Assembly: GCA_900088475.1 (NCBI GenBank)
Contig: FLMG01003597.1
Location: forward strand, 1 to 36,020
Source: Hyphochytrium catenoides
Lineage: Eukaryota; Protista; Hyphochytriomycota
Direction: 5' to 3'
Length of the DNA: 36,020 nucleotides
Part shown: positions 1 to 10,290 of the stretch, in pieces
Layout: each line of letters starts with the position of its first letter
How positions within the stretch are numbered: the stretch's first letter is position 1
Translations under genes and position numbers: made by a program
Notes under the pieces: generated by a model
Told to the model about the DNA's origin: nothing
What the model saw: only the letters and a program-made list of their open reading frames with translations
Database searches by the model: none

Positions 1-1526
1 CGAGATGGGAAAGTGGGGAGGGGGAGGAGGCTGAGGGGGAGTGGGAGCAGTTGGGGGAGTAGGAGGAGGACGGCTCCGTGGATGATGCTTAGTCCAGGGC
101 GCTGTCAAGGGAGGGTCCCTTGACAATGATTGCATTGAGCTTTGATTGTGGGTGTATATCGTAGCGTCGGAAGAGTGCTTCTGGGCCTTTTCATTGACGT
201 CAAACTTAATCTTCGGTGGCTCGGAAATGTCTGGCGCATCGCGGCTTGGAGCTGCTGCGGCAACTGTGACATGCTGCTTCGTTCTTGCCACTACGAGGGT
301 CAGGAGTACCAGAAGTCAGCCAGCTGAGACCGATTATTCTAGTTAAACGTCCACCTTGCAACTAACTCTGGTCAAGCGCTCTCAGCTAATTACCCAGTCT
401 GTTTCTACCGCCACCTGCCCTGGTCCCTTTTCTTCTTTGAACCCTTTCTCCTTCCCCTTACCTCCTGTCTCCATCGTGGTGCTTGTCACCTCTTGCACGT
501 CTACTGCTTCCACCTTTGGAAGGTCCTTTGGCTGACCCTGAACGCTTGCTTCCACAGGTGTCTCAGGTTCGTCTTGGCTCGTGCTCTGGGGCTTCTGATT
601 TGGCCCGAACCATCCAGAGAAGCCCTTCATCCAATCACCAGCGAAATATTCACCTACCTCCTCCCCAACGGTACTTAGTAGAGAAGTCAGGCTGTCCATC
701 TTAACAATCTGCGGACTGTAGCCTTCAATGGAATCATTGACAGCGTTCTTCAAGAGCTTTAGTTGTACGCCTTTCTCCATATTCTCGGCACTCTTCACTA
801 TGAGCCGCAGACCTGCCTCTGTCAAACAGTTCTTTATGAAGGTGAAGCTCTTCAGAGGCTTGCAGTGCTGCAGAGAATGCGCAATGAGCTTGGCTGCACA
901 GCCATCGAGAGACGACTTGACGATGGTAAGGGTTTTGTCATTGTGGGACGAGCTAGAGAAAAGAGAAGTAAGAAGATCTTCGTTGTGCTCAATACCATCA
1001 GTCTGGACGCTGCAACGGATAATCTCAATGGTTTCCACCCTATTATTCCCTGCGCTGTTCAGACATCGAGACAGCTCTTCAAGAATCGGTACCGTTAAAA
1101 AAGAGTTCGTCAACTCCAACTTGGTAGGTCCAGCAGAAGAATGACTGAGCAGGATCGGGATCGTGGCCAAGTCCTTCAAGGTGCTCACTTTCTTCAATCT
1201 GAGTGATGGGCTTGGTCTCTTGCTCATCTCCGCACATCTCGAGATGGGCGCACCATTCAAGTGAAATGCCAGCTCCATCTGGCGCTCAGCCTCCTGCAGC
1301 CGGGTCATTCTTCCTATGTCCAGGGCTCCATCAGGTGGACTGGGTGAAGAACGACCGGGAACTCGGTCTCTTTGGCCGTTGACAGTTCCGGCGTTGCGGT
1401 TGTTGAGCTTATTAGCTTTCTCTTCCATGACTTTTCCAAATCTTTCCGCCCTCTGCCCAACCTCCTCGGCCCTCCTGCCAATCTCCTCCACCGTCATGCT
1501 GAGTCTCTGTGCGGCTCTCTGCATAT
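1..1526 (-). CDS. RNI-like leucine-rich-repeat protein with downstream proline-rich region (3' end beyond window; 5' end uncertain)
   Basis: ORF 382..1524 has RNI-type repeats (LELTNSFLT, IEIIRCSVQTDG, LTIVKSSLDGCAAKLIAHSL, FTFIKNCLTEAGLRLIV). A phase-1 intron 461..291 (GAG|GTAAGG ... gctgac ... ctcgtAG) joins it in frame to an open exon 290..1 ending RPPPTPPTAPTPPQPPPPPHFPIS. Acceptor at 1527/1526 suggests further upstream exons to about 1850 (tentative ...RIGGADLARVF...). Confidence 0.7.
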
Positions 1527-2099
1527 CTGAAGGTCTCTGATTTAAAGCAACATCATGCCACCAGCCAGATGTACTAGGTCGGAGGTTGTCCTGTCCACCT
1601 TAAGAGCAGATGAAACGCGACAGGAGCGCTTCTCGCACGCGAAAACCCGGGCAAGACTAGGATAACGTGCTTATGGTGGGAAGAGAGGGCCTGGAAAGAA
1701 AATGCCAGCACTCGGGGCACACTGGCCAGCCTGCTATTAGATGTTGACACCGGCCGCAACCGCATACATACTCAGCACCTCCAATCCTGCCGCAAAGGAG
1801 CTTCAAGAAGAGGCGGTGCTCTGAAGCTCTACTTGTCTTTCTATGCTAGGTCTTCGCTTCCTCAACCCCATAGCACTTGCACTACCTTCTCTATGGCTTG
1901 TGGGAGCTGTCTGCCACGGGTGCCTCGGCCCCACAGACAGCGAAGAATCAGAAGTCGAACGATGCGAAGAGGTTTGCTGTCCGATGCTATGCTGCCTTCG
2001 TCTCACGCTGATTCTTATCATGAGCAAGGGCTGTCCAAATATACACTATTCAGAACAAGTCTTCTGAAATTCGTTATAACGGCTCTATAGAATGCTAAT

Positions 2100-3420
2100 G
2101 TTCTGAATCTAACGGCCATGGTGGTAGTTGGGAATAAAATTCCACAGACGGTGGCAGGGAAGACAAGCACAAAGCTGCAAACCAGCTGCGGCTTTCTGGG
2201 TCAGGAAGTGGCAGTCGAGTCTGGGCTCTGGGCTCACTTGGCAATAGGCCGTCGAAGCTTCATCAGCTGGTACAGGTTACCTTCTGCTGAGGAGCGTCGC
2301 TTACTCTCTCTTGACGGCCAAGATTTACACGCTCCCACGCCCATTGAACAGGCTGACATGATGTCTGTTGAGAGCTCCTTCTAGGATCTCTTCAGGAAGC
2401 TGGTCCTCAAGGAGGATCAGGTCTCCCAGCTGAGAGCTGTTGCTGGGTTAAGTTATGAGTACTTTCCTCCGCTGGGAAGCTCCCTCGGCACCTAGACCAA
2501 GGCGAGCCTGTCGCATGCTCCTCCTCTTTGTGAAGCCTTAAATCCAAGTAGCTTCCTCTCGGGCTAGCAAACTCTGCGCTGACATCACAGCAGCTCCCGT
2601 AGCTCTGACTAGCTTCTCTAGCAAACTCTGCGCTGACATGAGAGCAGCTCTTGTAGCTCTGACTTGCTTCTCCTACTTCTCTGCGAAGCAAGCAAGGCTC
2701 TTTTGGCTCTTTCTAACTAACCTCTCCTTTTCTTTTAGTCAACCCGGCCGTAACTACCCACCACCAGCTTCACCTCTCGCTAGTCTCTGTTAACCCCTAT
2801 CTCTAGCAGCTCCACCTCATAGCAGCCTAGTTTTCTTAGCCAGAGTCTAGGTTCTCCTTCTCCAGCGGTAGCCTTTACTTATAGCACAGCTTATCCCTCA
2901 CGCATATGGCTGAGCCTTGCATGAAGTTCACAATGGCTCAGGTAGCACTAAGATATCCAAGAGTGTTCCGCTTCATTATCCACAGACTCATGAAGACTCA
3001 TGAAGGTGGCGTGTCGGTATGCCTCCCTACTTCCTTAGCGCATCGTCGGTGATGGCCACCACTATCTATTCTCTATCGCTTTCCATTGGGTTGCTCCACA
3101 TATGTGTACTTCGTAACAGGCGGATCCCTGCTGACCACTGGGAGCTCACCATGAGGACGGGCCGGGTGAGGATCGGCCGGTGTATGGGATGATGCCTTTT
3201 CTTTCCGAGAGGATCCTGAGGAAGGGTAGTTCGGACTAGAAGAGCTAACAAGTGGCTCTCGACTTCTTCTTCTCCCTTTTTGCTCACTTCCTCTTTGCAT
3301 GTCCTTAATATAGCTTCTTTATCCAATATCTCTGGCATGTTCTTGTTTCTATCTTTGCATTCTCAAAGAGACTGACTCTTGCAGGGAAGGCTCTCTCCTT
3401 ACTCTCTACTCATTCAATAA
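2100..3420 (-). pseudogene. Degenerate coding-like sequence or mobile-element remnant, unassigned
   Basis: Intron-free, microsatellite-free stretch with protein-like fragments (ORFs 3066..3338, 3073..3300, 2407..2691) interrupted largely by TAG/TAA stops; contains an 18-codon tandem duplication; no recognisable domain. Confidence 0.3.
2564..2671. repeat. 54-bp tandem duplication (2 copies)
   Basis: ctagcaaactctgcgctgacat...gcttct at 2564-2617 and 2618-2671, 5 mismatches. Confidence 0.95.
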
Positions 3421-3741
3421 ACCTCTCGCCTAAGTAGAAAGTGTTATTTGCGCGCTGTGCCTCGAAGTCATCCTCTGCGTGCTGCTTCTGTCAACTGTGG
3501 CTGTTGCCTGGCTAGCCAACGTGAAGACAGAGCACCTTTCATTTTCATTCACGTTCGTTCATCTCACTAAGACAACGAGGGACGGTCCGGAGAGGATTGA
3601 CCAGCATAACCCCCAGCGAACCCCATGGGGCTGGTCTATGGGCACCTTGTCTCCTTAGAAGTCCCGCTCATCCTTTTGAAGATCCAGTCACGGATTTCCT
3701 AATCACAGTGGAGTCAATCAACGGGCACACATCGCTCTCAT

Positions 3742-4860
3742 TTAAGCTACGTGACCGTAGCTTGAGACAGCTTTGCACTGGCGCGATATTGATGATGAAG
3801 ACAGCATGTCCTCGTCAGGTGCAGAGGCACTCTTTTCTGCCTCCTGAGGCGATTGCGCTTCGTAGACTCTCCATACCTGTGTCTCAACCCCAACTGAAGA
3901 GCAGTGAGCCAGTCGTAGCTGCTTCTGCCATTGTTCGCTCTCTTCATCCTGGTAAGCGTGCAAACCACCTGGAACTGAAGTTACCTGAAGTCCAAAATGC
4001 AGGCTGTGCCATAAGGATGTGCTGGAAGTACTACGTATGCTGCTGAGGTAGGGTTTCTGATGATTGGGAGTCTCCTCTCGCTAGGAAAGGCCCTCGAATT
4101 CTACAAAAGCCACCGGCCCGAGGAGTGCGAGAGCATAGATGCCCTTCCTCTGATGAGTGCTCATACAAACGACAGGCAGCCATCTAGAATACTCTGCAAC
4201 GGCGCTAAGGGGAAGTGCGATGCAGGATCCACCGAAGAGAAGAAGAGATGGAGAATGACTTTGACGCACGCGCCAACCTTTCACTCTCATTTGTGGGACA
4301 CTAGACGGGGACAGCGAAGAAAAGAGCCTGGACCGTAACCAAGGCAGTACGGCCAAGAGATAACAGTTCCCTCCGTGATCCAAGGTTTTCGCACTTGTCT
4401 GTCCTCCTGACACCAGCGTTAGCATAAGACTAGTGCAATAACGTGGGGCAAGAGAGATATCACGCTCTCTTTCTCTAATGAAGCTTGAAGGGGTTCCGGC
4501 GCAACCAAGCTTTGAGTGGCCTCGTCGAAGACAAACAGATATGTAAGGATATGAGGAGAGACAAAGTTGACACCGAGGAAAGGCGATTTGCTGCAAGACT
4601 CGCTCCTCGCCTTCATCTTATGAAGAGTCTCTTGTTCCCCTGCCACCATGCCGGCGGTGCTTAGCATCTGAACGAGATTTGGCAAGAAGCATCGTCCAGC
4701 CTTCGTCTGTCTGGACACAAGTTCAAGCAGCTCTTTCTTGGCTATTATAGAGGCTTCCATCTGCTGTCGTCTGCTGTCTCCAGGGAAAGTCCTTACTTCT
4801 TGTTCGAGGAACGACTTGACTAGCAATTGCTTAAACCACGAAGGGAACCTTTGCTCTTAT
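3742..4860 (-). other. Unresolved coding-like fragments (unknown gene or pseudogene)
   Basis: Protein-like ORF 4419..4826 (LVKSFLEQEVRTFPGDSRRQQMEASIIAKKELLELV...). A second frame is open from 4596 to 3742 except for one TAG at 4081-4083, which could instead be a 3' splice site. No complete model or homology recognised. Confidence 0.3.
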
Positions 4861-5339
4861 AGTATGCAGGGTCTTCATGGCCTTTACCAAGCCAAACGTC
4901 TCTTGTGTGCAGCGATCAAGGCATCGTCGTCACAGCTTAAGTTTGCTGCTTTGCTGGGATCATCCCCTTGCTGAGTTCTCAAGAGAGAATCGGTTATTGA
5001 GCGCCAGAGGATCAAGAGAGAGGGAATGTGTAGAAGGTAAATGGACGTCGTGGAAGATGGGGCAAAGCTCAAACTAGAGAAGACGGAGTCATAAAAAACA
5101 GACCAGGCGCTGCTGGGGGAGAAATGAGCGAGAGAAGAGCGAAGAGGTGCGCCTCAATCAGGATGGTACACATTGGCTTCACAGGCCTGGTTGGACGTGG
5201 AAGATGAGAAGTTCAGCATGCCGGCAAGATGGCTGCAGCTTTCATGCCTTCCAGCATCGGTCTTCTGGAGCAAGTGAACGATGCCTATAAGCTACGAGGT
5301 ACAGTATGTACCGCTCTGGACTGAAGTCTATCTACTCTT

Positions 5340-5450
5340 CTTGTCTCTCTTGCCTGTCTCATTTCCCTCTGTCTCTCTCTCTCTCTTCTCTCTCCCTCTC
5401 TCTTCTCTCCCTCTCTCTTCTCTCTCTCTCTCTTTTCTCTCTCTCCCCCC

Positions 5451-5481
<31 letters not shown>

Positions 5482-5493
5482 TTTCTCTCTCTC

Positions 5494-5544
<51 letters not shown>

Positions 5545-5929
5545 CTGTGGCTTCTGTTCTTATCTCCATCGCTTGGAGTCTGGAGGGAAGAAAGGTGAGA
5601 GCTCTTTGGCGGGAAGTAACGCCCATCATTGGGTGAGGTCTAGATATCTGGAATACATAACATAGAATGGCTGTTATCAAGGACTGGAATAAGGCTAAAC
5701 CCTGATTTGACCGAATAAGAATCTCCATCAAAGATATGATCTTTGTATCTTGGTGGCAGGGGCCACTCTGTCACGTGCTGGGGGGTCGCATTCAGAAGGG
5801 GGGCTCAGGGCATCACCCTAGGTTGTTAGCTTGATAGCCTTGTTCGGGGATTCGGTGAGGTGGGGGTGATATCTAGTTTCATGAAGCACTTTGGCATATC
5901 TCTCCAACATCAACGTGCTCTCTCAGACT

Positions 5930-5980
<51 letters not shown>

Positions 5981-6130
5981 GTGTCTCTGTCTCTCTCGCT
6001 CTCTCTCTACCAAGTTACTCATCTAGCTCTCTTCCTGCCGAGTCCCACTCACTCTCCTTCGGTCCTTCCCTCTCCTCTATCATCTCTATCGTCTCCTCTC
6101 CCCTACTCTCCTATCGCTTCTTTCTTTGAA
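5340..6130 (+). repeat. Two compound (CT)n microsatellite tracts (about 5340-5545 and 5920-6130), intron-like on + strand
   Basis: Directly visible. First tract is preceded by a donor-like GAG|GTACAG near 5299 and the second is followed by an acceptor-like ccAG near 6208, but no clean ORF could be assembled. Confidence 0.8.
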
Positions 6131-6427
6131 AAGACTCTTCTTTGCTTTGACTCTTCTTCCTTCGTCACTTCTCATTGTCCCATCTCCCTCACACTCGCAT
6201 GCGTCCAGGCACTGTGGCGAAAGTTCCTCGATCGCTAGTGCAACCAATTTTTTCTAGGCTTCTTCCTCAAACAGTCTTCTCATCATAGACACCACGGACA
6301 CAGTCGCTATTATCCCAGTCATTTGACTGTAATAGCAAGTAAGTGAGCTGCCATCAGAAGAGGGAATGGTACAACGAAAGGATCCTGATAATGAGAGAGA
6401 AGCACAGAGAGCGGCAGGAAGAGGATA

Positions 6428-6467
<40 letters not shown>

Positions 6468-6681
6468 AGGGAGAGGCTAGTCAACATGCAGTAGCTGAAC
6501 ACAGAGCCGGAAAGAAACAGAAAAGAGAGAGAGAACGCGGCAAGAAGAGACACACATAGAGAAAGACTATTGGGAAGAAACATGAGGAGAAGAGGCCTCA
6601 ATAAGAGAGGAGCTACTTGACGGGGCCGCTTTATTTAGAGGCTAAATCTTCTTATGCTTCGGCTTAGGAGAAGGAGAAGAC

Positions 6682-8129
6682 ATGCCGGCAAGTCCAAGAA
6701 AGAGTGGAGGAGGGCAGAAGGAGGAGCTCAAGCTCTACTACTTTAAGGGCCCAGGCCGGCCTGAGCCCATCCGTCTCGCCTTTGAGATTGGAGGAATTCC
6801 TTATGAGTACGTAGGACTGGACAGAGAGGAGTTCAACAAGCTCAAAGACGGTAAACTGCTCTTCCTCTCACTCTGTCACGCTCTCTGTTTGTGTCTCTTT
6901 CTCTCTGTCTGTGCGTGTGTATGTGCCTCTCTCTCTCTCTTCTTCCTTCTTTTTTGTCTCTTGTTCTCTGCTTTATCTCTGTCACTGGAAAGTCGAGGAG
7001 GTGACGACCTCGGTCGTTACTCTCTGCTGGCCATATCTTCGCCTCGGACGACCGAGTTCTCTTTCTTTCCCTGCTGCTTCTGAACAAACGTTTCTTTGAT
7101 CTGCTTTCTTCACGCACTCCTCTTCCCTTCTCTCTTACTCGTCCATCCTTCGTCGGGTCCATAGGCGGCAAATTTCCCTATGACCAAGTGCCCTATCTCG
7201 AGATAAATGGCCAGGGGATTGCCCAGTCAATGGCAATCCTTCGGTACGCGGGAAAGAGAACTAAGCTCTACCCCGAGGACCCACTAAAGGCTGCGAAGGT
7301 GGACGAAGTGATTGACTTTGATGTTGATGTTGCTAATGCAGTGTTCAATGTTATCTGGGGAGAGAGCAACGAAGAAGTCAAGGTACAAGCCGCTTTTCGC
7401 TCTCTTCCCTCTCTCTTGTCTCGTGTTCCTCCTCGTCTTGAGCGTTTTTGGCTCACTCTTGTCGAGATGAGGCGGCAGCAGACGTTTCTCTTTCACTGGC
7501 TTCCTCTTCCTTCTTATTCTCTAGCATCCAAAGCTTAGGGTTCTTGGCTCTAAAGCCTCCCTCGGCGGTATCCTTTGCTCCCTTCTCCCTTCCTCTATGA
7601 CCTGGCTCAGGCTGCAAAGCTGAAAACCCTAAAGGAGGAGACTTTCCCGGCCTTTCTGAAGAAGCTATCCGCAGTCTTGGAGCGCAATGACACGGGATAT
7701 GCCGTGGGAGACACGGTGGGTGACGTTCAGAAGAGACGAGAGAGAGACTCTGAATCAAGGACTCAAAGCAGAGACCAAGTTGAGAGCAGGGTGCAGGCCT
7801 CTAACAAGTCTAACCTTCTTCTTCGCCTTTAGCTCACTATTGCCGATCTGAAGCTTGTCTCTCTTCACCGGCACATCATTCAAGGAGCATTTGCTCCTCT
7901 GACCGGAGAGGCGTACGACAACTTCCCTACGATCAAGGAGTATATCAAGCGCCTTGAGAGCCACCCGAAGATCAAGGCGTACATTGATAGGGAAGAGAAG
8001 AAGCCAGAACAGCTCGAGAAGAAAAGGGAAGAAGAAGCGGGAAAGAAAGTGACGGAGGGATCGCCACGCTCCAGCAAGAAACCCCGCGTCGACGGTGGAG
8101 GGAGCCCAACCAAGAAGAAGAACACGTGA
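6682..8129 (+). CDS. Sigma-class glutathione S-transferase, 262 aa, with basic C-terminal extension
   Basis: Exons 6682-6850, 7165-7382, 7611-7715, 7833-8129 splice in frame. Motifs: LKLYYFKGPGRPEPIRLAF (catalytic Tyr), FPYDQVPYLE, IAQSMAILRYAG, YAVGDTLTIADL. Confidence 0.95.
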
Positions 8130-8597
8130 CCAGATGTCCTCCAAACCTCTCTCGGTCTTTATATTGCTAAAAGATAATGAAGAATAGGCAACTATCTGAA
8201 TGACAAGGAGAAGTAGAGGCGCTTGTGCCTTAAAGCTCTATCGTCGCTTTCTGAGAGAGAGAGACCTGGCACAGCTGGCGGCTAATTGGAAGATGAGGAG
8301 AATCAATCTGTAACCTTTCGCGGATGCTGCGGGCGGGCTGACAGGTAGAGGAAAGAGAGTGAGAAGAGAGAGAGAGGAGGAGGCCAGTGGTTACTTCCTT
8401 TTGCTCTCTCTCTCTCTGTCTCTCTTGCCCCGACCGTCTTTATGTCTATCTCCTCTCTCCTGCAACCCAGCTGGGGATTTAGCTTATTCGGTGGTTCCGT
8501 ATCCGTAGCAGAACAATACGTTCTGTCCGCAGTCACTCTTCTTCTTATTTTCTCCGTCCATACTCTTTCTCTCTCTCTTCTCTCGATCTGCTCCCGC

Positions 8598-9764
8598 TCA
8601 TCTGCCGGCCGTCTTCTGGATTTTAGCCAGTCCTTTCTTCAGTGAAGTCTCCACATAGACGTGAGCGCCATCTCGGAGTGTGTCTGCTACGATATCACTC
8701 ATATTGAGAGCCCGCTGCTGGCTGTCCCGGATGGAGATGGGGACGCCTAGGAGAGAGGAGCTATGATAAGTGCGATGTGAGGAGCGAGTGGAGCTAAGGA
8801 AGGACAGTGATGAGAAGGGCAGGAAAAGGGAGACAGAGGTGATGGATGAAGGAACAAAAGACATGATAGAAAGAAGAGAGAGAGGCAAGAGATGATGAGA
8901 GGGACGAGCGAGAGAGAGAGACAGAGGGGGAGAGAGTCTGGGCTGGCCGAAGATTGGTCAAACTGAGAGATTCATGACCGTGGAATTCGAACAGAGATCT
9001 TTAAGGGGAGACACATGCATAGAAGAGAAGATTCAAGAAGAGAGAGACACACAGAAGGAGAGAGTAAGAGGATGGAGAGAGAGAGAGAGAAAAGATACAG
9101 AGAGAGAGACAGAGAGAGAAGAGAGACAGAGAGAAAGAACGACAGAGAGATGGTAGAGCGTAGGACGAAAGAGAGGAAGTGACAAGCAGGAAGAAGCACC
9201 ATAAGACTCCCAGCCCATCAGGTTCTCCGCGGTCCGTGCTATCCCAACATTAGCAAGCCATCTAAGAGTCTGAGAGGCAGGACCCACAGGGACGACGATC
9301 TCATGCTCCGCGACGTGAACCTAGGAGGCAGACCCAGAAAGGAGAGGAAAGATCAGCAGGGAGAAGGAAGAGAGCAAGAGAGAGAGAGAGAGATTGGAAA
9401 AGAAAAGGCTAGAGTGCGAGGGAGAGAGTTCAAAAGAGAGAGTGAGAGACACACACGGAGCATGGCAAACGCGAGGAAAAAAAGAAGCTTGAGATTTGAC
9501 TGACGGCGATAGACAAAGAGCCCGAGGAAGAGAGAAAGAGAGAGAGGCACACGCAGCGACAGAGAGAGAGTGATGCTTTATGAAGATGAGCTCTTTGAGG
9601 TCAGCGTGGGAGATGTGTCAGCGGCCTTTGAGGAGCTCCAGTGCAGAGCCGAAGACATGCGGACGCACAGTGATCATCCAGTTCTCCGGTCTCTTCCCTT
9701 CCTTGGCAGGCTGTTCTCGCTTGGAAGGAAGGTTGTGTTGCTGCTCCTCCTCTTCCTCGCTCAT
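8598..9764 (-). CDS. Small stand-alone Par3/HAL N-terminal (PB1-like/ubiquitin-like fold) domain protein, 121 aa
   Basis: Exons 9764-9669, 9320-9200, 8746-8598 splice in frame: ...WMITVHVAEHEIVVPVGPASQTLRWLANVGIART...LNMSDIVADTLRDGAHVYVET. This resembles the N-terminus of animal histidine ammonia-lyase (TVHVRGEWLAVPC...TVGWLGREAVRR...LDNEDRLEVALENNEFVEV, recalled). Confidence 0.75.
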
Positions 9765-10290
9765 CCTGATGCCTCCCTGCGCTCTCTCCTCTCCAACACT
9801 CAGAATGTGCCTGCCTTTCCTGAGAACGCGATGGTCCTGAAGTGAGACCGAGGAGAAGGAAAGAGGCTTCAGGAAGTTCTTGATGGAACAAGGATAGAAC
9901 GGAGAGTGACAAAGAGAGAGGAGAGAAAAAGAGAGAGAGAGGAGAGAACGGAGAGAACAGAGAGAAGGAGAGACAGGAGAGAAGAGAGAGAGAGAGAGAG
10001 AAAGAGTGAGAGAGAGAGAGAGATGACGCTTCATTTTCTGACAAACCAGTCTCTATATTGGTTAACTAGGGTATTCCTCGCCCGATGCAGCACCACTGTA
10101 CCCAAATTATATATGAGATCTGGGTCACTTAATATGGGTCTTGAGAGCGCTATCTGAAGGTGTTGGCGGGAGGAGCTGAGGCTGCAGAAGCAGAGACTTG
10201 ACAGAGATTTGTCATCGCCTCGTTTGCCTGACATACAGAGATCTCTTGGACTATACATAAGCCGAAGGGACTTCCAGAGGAGAACGAGGG

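Noticed and set aside
8-70. G-rich tract resembling a G-quadruplex
   Set aside because: It is the antisense strand of polyproline codons.
1843-2067. Cys-rich + strand ORF with hydrophobic N-terminus (possible secreted peptide)
   Set aside because: Overlaps the probable 5' region of the minus-strand LRR gene; no recognisable cysteine pattern or other support.
5695-5705. CTAAACCCTGA, resembling a TTTAGGG telomerase RNA template or telo-box
   Set aside because: A 9-mer is expected by chance about 0.3 times in this window; no evident type-3 Pol III promoter or T-run terminator nearby.
313-6256. Stop-codon reassignment or selenocysteine, suggested by in-frame TGA/TAG in protein-like fragments
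   Set aside because: All confident genes translate without internal stops and end in TGA, TAG or TAA; the TGA near 313 falls in an intron; no Sec-type motif context.
10110-10160. Possible C/D-box snoRNA (also TGATGA sites near 4038 and 13805)
   Set aside because: No canonical C box with properly spaced D box, terminal stem or recognisable rRNA guide.
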